Notes: generated by a model from the sequence alone, not told the origin. Numbered from the whole stretch's first letter, positions 1 through 31,631 are shown. The stretch is 63,478 nucleotides of DNA, filler included, from Octopus bimaculoides (GCF_001194135.2; 2 parts of 2 records of this genome joined end to end with filler, not necessarily neighbours in it); one strand, 5' to 3'. Numbers and translations are program-made.

Positions 1-234
1 CGGGTGGCACATAAAAGACACCATTTCGAGCGTGGCCGTTTTCGTGCGGGTGACACGTAAAAGCACCCACTACACTCTCTGAGTGGTTGGCGTTAGGAAG
101 GGCATCCAGCTGTAGAAACTCTGCCAAATCAGACTGGAGCCTGGTGTTGCCATCCGGTTTCACCAGTCCTCAGTCAAATCGTCCAACCCATGCTAGCATG
201 GAAAGCGGACGTTAAACGATGATGATGATGATGA
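1..234 (+). mobile_element. RTE-type LINE 3' end / RTE-tailed SINE ending in a (GAT)n tail
   Basis: Family motif ...GGCGTTAGGAAGGGCATCCAGCTGTAGAAAC...CATGGAAAGCGGACGTTAAACGATGATGAT recurs at least 8 times in the window. Confidence 0.75.
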
Positions 235-236
235 TA

Positions 237-328
237 CAGGGTACAGACAGTACTTGAGGACATGCATTTTTAGTAGTCATTTTATTCGACTAATTTTTAT
301 TGAACTACTCTTTTAGAAAATAACAATG
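237..328 (+). mobile_element. Solo left end of a Tc1/mariner (maT-type) element
   Basis: Starts TA|CAGGGT; a diverged copy of 1775-1867, which precedes the transposase. Confidence 0.65.
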
Positions 329-764
329 GAGGTTGGTAATCAATATATTATTTAGCTACATCTGGATGCGTGTAAGTTCATTCTTAATAACATGCTCATG
401 TTATAACAAAAATAAAAAAGAGGAAAAAAAGGAAGCTGCACATATAACACATAATTTAGAAGCAGCTAGCAGACAGGAGCACAGCACTGAAGACTATGGC
501 TTTACACACCAACCATTCTATTTATCATTCCATCGTGTATATACGTGTGGCTACAATAAACGTGTTTAAGCTGCAACCTCACTTGTATGTTTTTCGTCCG
601 GGTTACTACCAGCGAAATTACAGCCTTCTGAGAGTCATATGAGGTGGCTCATAACGACCTACACCATCTAAATCGCCTTCACAGCACACACACAGCCATA
701 TCTAATGAATTCTTAAGAGCATCATGAGAAATGAATAAATAGATTATAAATTATATCCACTCAC

Positions 765-20267
<19,503 letters not shown>

Positions 20268-21334
20268 CGTAAACTATTTGACGAGGTGCAGCAACAAGCA
20301 CCAACCTCTATCTCTGATGTGTATGTTTGTTTCTTTGTATGTTGTTGTTGCTGTTGATGTTGTTGATGTTGTCACTGCATAGCATGGAAGGGACTGAAAC
20401 AGAGTTTGAGTTACTGTTGTTAAACATCGGACTAAGTATATTCTTTATACGATCGATTGATTGCTCTTGTACAAACAGAACAACAAACAATCCGTTGGGA
20501 ATATATGCTTGTCTGTCTGTCTGTCTGAGTGTGTGCATGTGCATGTGTTTGTATATATGAATGTATGTATATGTGTATATGTGTGTATGTTTATAAAAGT
20601 CTGGGTTCTTTGTATATATATATTTATATGTATGTATGTGTGTGTATGCATCTATATATATATATATTTATAAGTATGTGTTCTTTGTATATATATATAT
20701 TATATGTGTGTGTGTGAGTTTGTATATGTGTATGAAACTATATGTATGTCGTGTGTGTGCACGCGCACGCATGTGTGTGTGTGTGTGTGTGTGTGTGCAT
20801 AATTATATCCTTGGTTACAATGAAACTTTTGATCTGAGTATAGCAGAGTTTAAAGCTGTCTCAATATTTTCTAATCAGTCATTAAAAAGAAAGGAAAATA
20901 AAAAAAAGGAGAGAGAAAAAGATAGAAGTGAAATAAAAAAAAAAGTAACAAAGAAAGAAAGGAACAAGAAATGAAAGAAACAAAAACATATTAATAATAA
21001 TGATTATGATAATGAAGGTGGTCGACATAAGGAAAGTGGTCGACAAACATACATTTGTCACTGAAAGGGAAAAAAGGGATTTCAAGAGGAGGAGAAACAG
21101 AGAAGTAAATAGTGGAAATGTGCGCAAACATATGTACACACATGCATACACACACACACGAACACACATGCATATGTAAATATGCATACACCCGTGTACA
21201 TGTGTGTGTGTGTGTGTGTGTGAATATACGTATATACATCAAAGTATGCAGTATTAAAGATCCATTGCAACAGATCTTAGCCATCGGTTTTCGCACGGAT
21301 TATCAAATAACCAAACATTAAGCAGTACATTTAA

Positions 21335-21600
21335 ATGGCTTAATGATTAGGGTATTTGGCCCACAATTGTTAAAGTCATGAGTTCAATTCCTGGTAACAT
21401 GTTGTATCCTTGGACAAGACACTTTATTGGCAGTCCACTCAGTTGTACCTGTATTTCAAAGAGCCAACCTTGTCCTATTCTGTGTGACAGTGAATATCCC
21501 TGAGAACTAAGTTAAAGGTACATGTGTCTGTGGAGTGCTCAGCCACTTGCATGTTAATTCCACGAGCAGCTGGTTGTTCTGTTGATCAGAACTATTGGAA
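21335..21600 (+). mobile_element. SINE family D (V-domain-like)
   Basis: GAGTTCAATTCCTGG B-box and GTATCCTTGGACAAGACACTT core; shares ...CCCTGAGAACTA..TTA..GGTACA.GTGTCTGTGGA with 59462. Confidence 0.65.
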
Positions 21601-21894
21601 CACTCATCGTTATCATTATCATCATCATGGTTTAACATCCGTTGAATGACCGCTTGGTTGGTTGGTTGGTTGGTTGCTTGCTTGCTTGCTCTCTTGCTTG
21701 CTTGAAATCTTCAGTGACACTTTACATGGTTTAGAAACAGGGGTTGAGAGAGTTAACATAACACCAGTGTGCATACTACTCTTGGCGGCAAATATACAAA
21801 TGAGAAATTTTTTTCATTTAATTTTATTTAAGATAACAAATATTTTTTTTTAGAAAATTTGCTTTCATTTCATCATTTTTTATAAGCACCAAAC

Positions 21895-22150
21895 ATTGGG
21901 CAAGCAGAGCCTTCTGGGCGTTTCTGTCAAGTGCCAGGTCCCAAGCTTCATCTCAACTCTTGCCATCACTTACATCTTTTTTTTTTACTACTGCCAGCCA
22001 TTTCTTCTTTGGATGCCCTTTCTTCCTGGGACTCTGCAGACACCGCTGGGGACACTGCCATGGAAGGTGGAAGGATCCATCCTCATATATTTCATGCTCT
22101 TGCTGGCCACCAACCGACTAAGTTTACATGAAGGCCCTGATCTTCTTGTT
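21895..22150 (-). mobile_element. RTE LINE ORF 3' fragment
   Basis: Minus strand, across frameshifts: HGSVP...GHPKKKWLAVVKK...EAWDLALDRNA. Confidence 0.55.
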
Positions 22151-22942
22151 ACTTCAGATTAGTAACACAGTCTCTGTATGAAATGTGGTGTATCTTATGC
22201 AAACATCTTTGCCAGGAGATGTTCAATTTCCTCTCTAGTATCTAAATCAGAGGCCATAACTCACAGCTATAAAGAAGGTTAGAGAAGATGATGCTCAATA
22301 GCAGCAGGAGTTTAATCTTCATACTAATGCAGTGAGATTCCTAGGTATCTAATTTATATCCACATATTGCTTTGGTCTTCAGTTTTCTATATGAGTTTTT
22401 AGAGACTTCATTAGCAGTCTCACTTCAAATTTCAATTCACCTGGGGACGAAGTAACCCCACTCCTGACATAGAGCCCATCCACTCCCGCTGTTGATTGAT
22501 GTTCACAAGCATATGTATTACATCATACATCAATAACACACTTTGCCTTACAAACACTGTTGTGTTTATTAAATTACAAACAAAATTGATTAGATTGCTA
22601 AGTAGATATCAGCAAGGAGTTAAAACAGGAAATGTGAATTATTATTCAACCTCACACCAGGAGCTTTGATTATTTCTTTATCTTTATTCCTTAATATCTA
22701 CATGAATTTCCTATCATTCTTTTATCCTTCTTTTAGTTGTATCAGTTATTTGATTGCGACCAGACTGGAGCACAATTGTCCGTCTTCAAGATTTTCAGTT
22801 GGCTATATCGACCTTGTCTTTGTCTGGTGTGTACTCTATCATTTTCCCAAACATACGAAATGTAAAGTAAACATTAGAATAAAGTTAGATAACTCAACTA
22901 GACATGCAGACGACATAGTACACTATATCCCTAAACACACAC

Positions 22943-22943
<1 letters not shown>

Positions 22944-23013
<70 letters not shown>
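22944..23013. repeat. (TAG)n microsatellite
   Basis: Seen directly. Confidence 0.97.
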
Positions 23014-23014
<1 letters not shown>

Positions 23015-23334
23015 AGTTATCCAGAAAGTTCTGAGTGTTTTTAAGGTGATGTTGGTGGTGGTGGTAGTAATAGTAGTGCTTTCTAAATGACCTAGAACAA
23101 CATTAACTGGAGAAAGAACTCAATACATGAAGTAGGTTCAAATATTTATTTATTTCTTAAACTTTGACTGTGACTTCTAAGTTTTGTCAAGGAGGGCTTA
23201 TCAAAGCGTCACAGTTTGAGAAGCCTTTCTGGAAATTACAGNNNNNNNNNNNNNNNNNNNNNNNNNNNNNNNNNNNNNNNNNNNNNNNNNNNNNNNNNNN
23301 NNNNNNNNNNNNNNNNNNNNNNNNNNNNNNNNNN

Positions 23335-23382
<48 letters not shown>

Positions 23383-23580
23383 TCACCCCATAAACGCTAT
23401 GACAACCAATGTTTATATGTTTACATTCCTGTAACTTAGCAGTTCAGCAAAAGGGACTGATTGTATAAGTACCAGGCTTAAAAAAAAAAAAAAGTACTGG
23501 GGTCGATTCATTCAACTAAAATTCCTCAAGGTGGTACTCCAGCATGGCCACAGTGTAATGACTGAAACAAGTAAAAGACA
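23335..23580 (+). mobile_element. SINE family C, 3' half
   Basis: (GT)n then GACAACC...GTTTACAT...GTACTGGGGTCGATT...CAAGGTGGTACTCCAGCATGGCC...GAAACAAGTAAAAGA. Confidence 0.7.
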
Positions 23581-25240
23581 AAAGATGAAACACACACACA
23601 CACATATATGACAGGCTTCCATACAGTTTTCATCAACTAAATTCCACTCACACAGTATTAATGATCTCATGGTTATGATGGAAGATAGTCTTGCAAATTG
23701 TCCTACACTGAAATTGAAACTGGAACCACACATTGTTGTGAACGCAGCTGGAACCACACATTGTTGACACATGTGGTCATCATCCCTACAAATTCCCTAT
23801 TATCTACATAAATCTCCCACTGTCCACATTATTTGTCCTGGCAATTAAAGTATTTAATAGTTTTAATTTACAAAAAAGCAAAAAAAAACCCAATTGGTTT
23901 CTGAGTGTCTTTGCCTGCTGGTTGTCTCCTGTTGCTATGTAAATGAAATTGAGCTGGCCAATACAAATAAGTGTTTCCTGACCACTGCTTGTGGCATTCA
24001 AAACATGTGTAAACAAACCAAAGAGGAATCAAGGGGCTCATCAACATGGTTTCTTCACCAGCTAGAAACAGCAGGTATATTTGCCTCTCAAGCAGCACAC
24101 TACTGTTTCAAAGAGAGAAGAACAAGTAACCAGGATGATGTAAGATATTTACTCATGTATAAGCCACACTATTTTATTCTTGAGCATAACTGGAAAAAAT
24201 GGTGTGTGACTTATATATGGAGCAAAGCTAAAACTATGAAGGGAAAAAATATGGGATCAAGATTTAAAAGTAAATAGGAGATATGACTTATACACAAGTA
24301 TATGTGGTAGTTCTAGTGACAACATTATATCTTGTAACAAATAAGGGATTAAATGCTACTTTCTGTTCTTTGATCATAGTTCTGTTCAATCAAAGTTGAC
24401 AACTGGAGCTAAGCTACAACAATGGCAATGATATAGTAGCTGTAAACAAATATCTTTGACTGAAGAAAGAAAATATTCTTTGTCAAAGTGATTCAATTCT
24501 AAAATTGTGAAAAGGTTTATAATCAGACAGGTAAAATAGGTGAAGAACAAATGATATGATCGGTAAAATAAACTGTTTTCTTTGTNNNNNNNNNNNNNNN
24601 NNNNNNNNNNNNNNNNNNNNNNNNNNNNNNNNNNNNNNNNNNNNNNNNNNNNNNNNNNNNNNNNNNNNNNNNNNNNNNNNNNNNNNNNNNNNNNNNNNNN
24701 NNNNNNNNNNNNNNNNNNNNNNNNNNNNNNNNNNNNNNNNNNNNNNNNNNNNNNNNNNNNNNNNNNNNNNNNNNNNNNNNNNNNNNNNNNNNNNNNNNNN
24801 NNNNNNNNNNNNNNNNNNNNNNNNNNNNNNNNNNNNNNNNNNNNNNNNNNNNNNNNNNNNNNNNNNNNNNNNNNNNNNNNNNNNNNNNNNNNNNNNNNNN
24901 NNNNNNNNNNNNNNNNNNNNNNNNNNNNNNNNNNNNNNNNNNNNNNNNNNNNNNGGGGGGGGGCACTCGCGTGTGTGTGCTGCTTGGGGCATTTCATCTT
25001 TTGCCAGACAGCCGTCACTTCATACAGAACAAATTCAAAAGATCAAAAGGTATTTGTCATTATTAAACAGCAAACCAGAGAAAAGTCTTTTGTAAATTCT
25101 GAAGTAATTGTGGATAATAGTTTAAAAAGTAAATTTTTTAATGTCAGCACAAAATAAATTGACTATTGTCGCAATCAACTGAAGTTGTTAAAAGAAAACT
25201 TGTGTGTGTTTGAGTATGTGTGAGTGTGTGCATGTGTGTG

Positions 25241-25280
<40 letters not shown>

Positions 25281-25290
25281 NNNNNNNNNN

Positions 25291-25330
<40 letters not shown>

Positions 25331-25496
25331 GTGTGTTTGTGTGTATGTAATATATATATATATATATGTACACACACACACACACAAACACACACACATA
25401 GTTCAGAGATGAGATCCAGATATTCTCCATATATTAATTTTCTCTTTAATTTTCTCTGTCATTTGTACATTTGTAAGTTGGTCCATTTTATATATT

Positions 25497-25530
<34 letters not shown>

Positions 25531-25900
25531 ATTTGATGTATTTAATATACTTTATATATTGATGTGTCTAACTTGCTTATCCCCACATTTGCTTAAATAT
25601 ATATATGTAAGGATTATTAATATTATGTTAATAAATTAACATATGTCAGTTTGAACTCTCCATTTTACTTTTATCATTTTATATATATATATATGTATAT
25701 ATATATATGTATATTTTATTATATGTATTTATTTTCTCCAAGTAATAAATAACTCGGATAAAATAAATTGGTTAATAGATACCAGGGTAGCAAACATCAC
25801 AAAATAACTGTGGTGTAACTCCTGTTTATGAGGTAGAAACTCCTTGATATTTTAGGTATTTGAGTATATATGAATTTAAAGAATGGAGTAAGCACATATT

Positions 25901-26149
25901 ATAACTGCATATTTTTATTCCGACATATGTTTCGAAGAATTACAATTTATGCGATCCATAGGAATTGGCGATGTTAAAAATGTAAACTTCTCCTCAGGGA
26001 AATGTATGGGAACCAGTTTGTCTTATGTTTAAGCTGGTTCCCATACATTTCCCTGAGGAGAAGTTTACATTTTTAACATCGCCGATTCCTATGGATCGCA
26101 TAAATTGTAATTCTTCGAAACATATGTCGGAATAAAAGTATGCAGTTAT
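25901..26149. repeat. 249-bp near-perfect inverted repeat (119-bp arms, 11-nt loop); probable fold-back MITE
   Basis: 25901-26019 is the reverse complement of 26031-26149 except at three positions. Confidence 0.93.
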
Positions 26150-26385
26150 TATATATATGTATATATATATATACATACATATATAATACACCTGCTTGTT
26201 GTTCATTTACCTGTCTTCGTCTTTTGTTTTCTGTAAATTTGAACTCTGAGCTGAGTAGGGACACTAAGCAACTTGTTCAAAAATATAAGGACACAGATAG
26301 TGCATCGATAGCCAGCTGGAGACAATGTTTCCTGAGGTTAAATAACAATAACATTCATCCTAATCAGGACTACCACATTATGTTG

Positions 26386-26583
26386 GTAGTGGCATGTAAA
26401 AGCACCCACTACACTCTCTGAGTGGTTTGCATTAGGAAGGGCATCCAGCTGTAGAAACTCTGCCAGATCAGATTGGAGCCTGGTGCAGCCATCTGGTTCA
26501 CCAGTCCTCAGTCAAATCGTCAAACCCATGCTAGCATGGAAAGCAGACGTTAAACGATGATGATGATGATGATGATGATGATG
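26386..26583 (+). mobile_element. RTE-type 3' end copy
   Basis: Matches 1-234; (GAT)n tail. Confidence 0.8.
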
Positions 26584-26615
26584 ATATATATATATATATA
26601 TATAAATAATATATG

Positions 26616-26696
<81 letters not shown>

Positions 26697-27369
26697 TGCC
26701 TTGAAGAACTTTTAGTCAAATGCTTTTTCCTCTCAATGAATCCTCAAGTCTACTGGTCCTTCTGATTTTGTGTATTTCTATTACCTTGTTTAACCCTTTC
26801 GTTACCAACCCAGCTGAAACCAGCTCTGGCTCTGAGTACAAATGTCCTGTTTTCATAAGGTTTGAATAAAAATCTTCCACCAAACCTTAGCCACAATTTA
26901 TGTTCCTAGCACTAGCTGAATGATAACTAAGTTATTTTACTAAATTCTTTGTTATATTTAAAGTAATTGAAAGGAACACAGAGCATCTCAAAATAAATAC
27001 AGTAACAAACAAGTTAATGTATTTAATGTGTTTAAAAATCTTAGTACTTCATATCAAAGTTTTTCTTATAATTCCCCCAATCCTTTATCACAATGTAAAT
27101 CCTCTTTTATTTCCTATATTCTCTTAAATTCCAGCAGTCTGTCATAGTCACATGTTTGCATTATTTATCTTTAGTTTCTTTTTGTTTACTTTTTTATGTG
27201 ATGACTTCCTGTAATAGGCATCTACCCACCTTAGTTTCAGGGCAAATCTATTCAATTAATGTCAGCTCTATGATGGCATATTCTGAGACAGGTGAGAAAT
27301 TTATGGACAAATTTTTTAAGGATTAGTTTACAGCACAAGACTTGTAAGGACCAGTTTATTATATCAAAG

Positions 27370-27472
27370 CAACAGGTATTGCCAAGTTGTACTGAATAAC
27401 AGACATTGCCAAGTTTTAGTGAATAACAAGTGTTGCCAAACTGCTGTGAACAACAGGAATTGCTAAGTAGTT
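27370..27472. repeat. Degenerate 27-bp tandem repeat, about 3.8 units
   Basis: Unit approximately YAACAGxxxTTGCCAAGxxxxxTGAA at 27370, 27397, 27424 and 27451. Confidence 0.8.
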
Positions 27473-27489
27473 ATTGGTCTTGATATTAA

Positions 27490-28242
27490 TTTTGGAGTTA
27501 AGGCAGTGAGCTGGCAGATTCGTTAGCATGCAGGGTTAAATGCTTAGCGGTATTTCATCTGTCTTTACATTCTGAGTTCAAATTCCACCAAGGCCAACTT
27601 TACCTTCCATCCTTTCAGGGTCAATAAAATAAGTGCCAGGTGAACACTGGGGTCAATGTAATCAACTGACCATATCCCTCGAATTTCAGACCTTGTTGTC
27701 CCGGTTCTTCACAAGCTGAGTTCAACTTTGATTTTCATTGTTTTGTGGTCGATAAAATAAAGTGACAGTTGAACACTGGGGTGGATGTAATCGACTGACC
27801 ACCTCCCTCAAATTTCAGGCCTTGTCTCTCTAATATTTGTTCCGGCTTTTCATAAGCTGAGTTCAAATCCCATGATGGTCAGCTTTGATTTTCCTTGTTT
27901 CATGGTCGATAAAATAAGTACCAGTAGAACACTGAGGTTGATGTAATCAACTTTTTCCCTCAGCCAAAATCGCTGGCCTTGTGCCAAAATTTTAAACCAA
28001 TATTATTTTTGGAGTTAAGGCGATGAGCTGGCAGAACCATTAGCAAGCTGGGCAAAATGCTTAGTGGCATTTCCTCTGGCTTTACATTCTGAGTTCAAAT
28101 TCTACTGAAGTTGACTTTCCTCCTTTCAGGGTTGATAAAATGAGCACCAGTTGAGCACTGGGGTCAATGTAATTGACTCACTCTCTCCCCTGAAAATACT
28201 GGCCCTGTACCAAAATTTGAAACCAATTTTATTTTTGGAGTT
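27490..28242 (+). mobile_element. Head-to-tail cluster of four SINE family B units (two full, two partial)
   Basis: Core GTC(G/A)ATAAAATAAGT...CACTG.GGT.(A/G)ATGTAAT repeated four times; TTTTGGAGTT at 27490, 28007 and 28233. Confidence 0.8.
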
Positions 28243-29219
28243 TCCCTCTCAGTTTGGGATCAATCTTCTTGCCCAGATATTTTCTTTTGTGGCTTCATTT
28301 CATGACCTTCACTTCGTTTATACCAGAGTCTTGTACAGTCCTCTTTGATTTAGGAAAGAGACACAGAGAGAGAGAATCTATATTGGTGGGTATTTCATGT
28401 TTGAAAATCTCTGTCACACAGTTATTATCACTGATGAATACGTTTCTAATATCATTCATAAGTCTGCTTTGTAGTTTGAAGACAAACCCTTTTTACACCA
28501 TTTTACTTCTAACACTTTTAGAGATTTTAGTACAAGATGTGTTACTGAATGTCATTTTCTAAGTGATGATGTTCTTTGTCAAGAATATCACAAAAGAAAA
28601 CTTGTCCGGGTTCCTACTATATTTATCAAATGATTTGGTTTGTTTAGCTTTCCCAAGATCGTGTCTTGCTTCTTATACTGTTATCAAACTCATCCCATTA
28701 CCAACAGATGTCTGCACATCATTCTCCCTTCTCTCTCTCTCTCCCTTTCTCTTCTCCTAGTGTCAAACCTTTACACCATCTGGTCTCTTCTCCGACACCT
28801 CATCTAAATGGACAGTTTATTTCACTGTTAAATTTAGTTTCACTGAAACATCAACATAGCACTGCCAACAGATACAATAAGGAAACCTATGTGTGTCCTC
28901 TTAACCTGCTAGAATAAATAGAATACCCACACAGGGCAATTGATTGGCAAAATGTTTTGCGTATCTGGATGAGATATCTTGTGGTATTTGTTCCAGCTCT
29001 TTGTGTTCTGGGTTTTTGGGGTTATAACCTCAATTCTTAATGCTACCACCTGGTCTTTGGGGTCCTTTGGTACAAGTACACTTCCTGGTAAGTAGTAGAG
29101 TCAGGCCTCCAGTTTTAGGACAATCCCCCCACCCCGGATTCAGATGCTTTGAAAAAATAGTCATAACTGGTACCCTTCCTTTCCGGGCTAAACTGTGAAA
29201 GAGAGGGAAAAAAAAAACT

Positions 29220-29480
29220 ACTGTTGCTGCTGCTACTACAACCACCACTACTATCACCACTACTAACTACCATCACCACTACTACTTCTACTACTACAAC
29301 TACTTCTACAGCTACCACCACCACCACCACCACCACGACAATGACCACAACCACCACCACCACTACTACCACCACCACTACCACCACCACCACAACCACC
29401 ACTACTACCACCACCACCACAACCACCATCAGTACCACAACTACTACTACTACTACTACTACTACTGCTGATGCTGGTGT
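29220..29480. repeat. (CAC/TAC)n compound microsatellite
   Basis: Seen directly. Confidence 0.95.
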
Positions 29481-29643
29481 TACTGCTGAGACATGACTTA
29501 CATCATTTTTACTGTTAAAGTTATCTTAAATAAAGAGATAGGAGACAATTTATCAGTCAACGTTTATTTGTACAATCCTTAAGTAAACCAGCTTTCTAGC
29601 AACTGCACTTGGCTTCCATTATCTGACTCGATATACTAACACA

Positions 29644-29693
<50 letters not shown>

Positions 29694-29721
29694 NNNNNNN
29701 NNNTATATATATTATACACAT

Positions 29722-29930
29722 ATTTAGTTAAAGATAGTTATGGCCGGTCTATGGGTTTCACGTCCATAAAGTACTTAGATTTACAGCATCTCATCAGACA
29801 CTAATGGCCGGTGGCCTAGGTTATAGGCCACTGACCACTAAGGTCTGGCAAGATGCTGTAAAGCTCAGTGTTTATGGATGCAAAACCCTTGGTAACCCAA
29901 TAGACTGGCCATAACTATGTTTATCTAAAT
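29722..29930. repeat. Degenerate fold-back element (about 100-bp arms, 5-nt loop); old MITE-like
   Basis: ATTTAG.TAAA.ATAGTTATGGCC.GTCTAT...TCCATAAA...TTTACAGCATCT...CAGAC...GTGGCCTA mirrored around GGTTA. Confidence 0.8.
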
Positions 29931-30102
29931 GCTCTACTGCTCTATAATTTAATAGTGTGCTTCTCTTTCGGATTTATGATCTACAGAAGATATATATACA
30001 TACATACATATATATATATAGATAGATAGATAGATAATAAATAAATATATATATACACACATACATATATATACACACACACACATACATACATACATGT
30101 AT

Positions 30103-30287
30103 CGTGCCGGTGGCATGTAAAAGCATCCACTACACTCTTGGAGTGGTTGGCGTTAGGAAGGGCATCCAGCTGTAGAAACTCTGCCAGATCAGATTGGAGC
30201 CTGGTGCATCCATCTGGTTCACAAGTCCTCAGTCAAATCGTCCAACCCATGCTAGCATGGAAAGCAGATGTTAAACGATGATGATGA

Positions 30288-30290
<3 letters not shown>
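30103..30290 (+). mobile_element. RTE-type 3' end copy
   Basis: Matches 1-234. Confidence 0.8.
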
Positions 30291-30378
<88 letters not shown>

Positions 30379-30502
30379 TACATACACACATATATTGTAT
30401 ATTGTATATATGTACATATTCACAAGGTGTATTCCTTGTCAGCTTTGTTATCCAAGTTCTTGCCATTATCCGTTTGAGTTATTTCCTCTTAGCTCCTTCA
30501 TT

Positions 30503-30720
30503 GGACACTAAACCAGATGGCTGCACCAGGCTCCAATCTGATCTGGCAGAGTTGCTACAGCTGGATGCCCTTCCTAACGCCAACCACTCCGAGAGTGTAG
30601 TGGGTACTTTTACGTGCCACCGGCACGAAGGCCAGTCAGGAGGTACTGGCAACGGCCAATCTCAAATGGTGCTTTTTACATGCCACCTGCACAGGACTGG
30701 CTCCTGTGCAGGTGGCATGT
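30503..30720 (-). mobile_element. RTE-type 3' end copy, inverted relative to 30103-30290
   Basis: Reverse-complement match over about 117 bp. Confidence 0.75.
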
Positions 30721-31349
30721 ATATATACACATATAAATATGTATTGTCATTCAAAAGAGAACATTTACTTATAAACTATTATATGTAGAGTGTGTTTTGT
30801 TTATAATTCTAAACCAACAAAATGTTTGGTCAGATGAATAGAATCTACAAATATTGTTTGTAGAGTTAATCTCCCGATTGAAAAAGAATTTGTATGTTTT
30901 CTTATCTTCTTAAATCTGTTAAGTAGTGGAGCTATTTCCGAAATCTCTGTGAAGGACTCTTTAGTTATTGACAGGTTATAAATTCTTGCACAGTAAACTT
31001 TACATTACTTTTTGTACATATTGAATCTGAACACTCCTACTTGGGGAAGAACTGCCTTACACATATATAATACATACACACGTACACAGATACACATACA
31101 GATATACGCACATACACACAAGCACTCAATACGTGTGGGTAGTTGATGCACTTGATTATTCATATACACAAACACTTATACAGATACATAGACATACAGA
31201 CAGATTGATAGATAGACAGATATATAGATAGGCTTTTCTTTTAACTGGAAAAAAAGTTGAGAGTGGTTTCAAAGCTTCACTGTGAACTGTCTTCCTCAGG
31301 CTATATATATACTAGCATGCATGTATACTTATATATATATATGATTGAC

Positions 31350-31527
31350 CGTTGACTGAACACTATTCAATTTTTTTTTCTCCGTGTTTTTCTCCTTGTC
31401 TCCGTATTCTTTCTGTTGAAGAGCGTAGCTCGAAACGTCAAAGACTTTCCGTATTCCCGAGCGTCATACTAATATATACTTTTGTTATTTACACCACCTG
31501 TCCTCGTCTGTTGTTATTTTTTGTATA
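31350..31527 (+). mobile_element. Penelope-like terminal repeat fragment
   Basis: Contains GAAGAGC...GCTCGAAACGT; its 3' part (CACCACCTGTCCTC..CTGTTGTT) recurs at 59391-59436. Confidence 0.5.
31408..31444 (+). ncRNA. Minimal type I hammerhead ribozyme-like motif (A6U core variant)
   Basis: TCTTT-CTGTTGA-A-GAGC gta GCTC-GAA-ACGT-C|AAAGA. Stem I 5 bp, stem II 4 bp, palindromic ACGT helix III, predicted GUC cleavage after 31439. Confidence 0.5.
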
Positions 31528-31571
31528 NNNNNNNNNNNNNNNNNNNNNNNNNNNNNNNNNNNNNNNNNNNN

Positions 31572-31583
31572 TTAATTAATTAA
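31572..31583. other. TTAATTAATTAA island inside N gaps; probable assembly linker or artefact
   Basis: 12-bp palindrome with stops in all six frames, isolated between two N runs. Confidence 0.6.
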
Positions 31584-31631
31584 NNNNNNNNNNNNNNNNN
31601 NNNNNNNNNNNNNNNNNNNNNNNNNNNATAT

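Noticed and set aside
20300-21330. NSUN7 promoter elements or a divergent partner gene
   Set aside because: Region is dominated by microsatellites; no core promoter motif or plus-strand exon could be supported.
23804-24277. Moderately GC-rich ORFs on both strands (IELANTNKCFLTTACGIQ...; FVYTCFECHKQWSG...)
   Set aside because: No recognisable domain and no consistent acceptor/donor pair linking to other exons; could be UTR or old TE.
28997-29087. Possible orphan plus-strand exon (TTCCAG|LFVFWVFGVITSILNATTWSLGSFGTSTLP|GTAAGT)
   Set aside because: Weak polypyrimidine tract, no partner exons found, and it abuts sequence resembling a DNA-transposon end.
31572-31583. TTAATTAATTAA as a biological palindrome
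   Set aside because: Isolated between N runs and matches the core of an all-frame-stop assembly linker.
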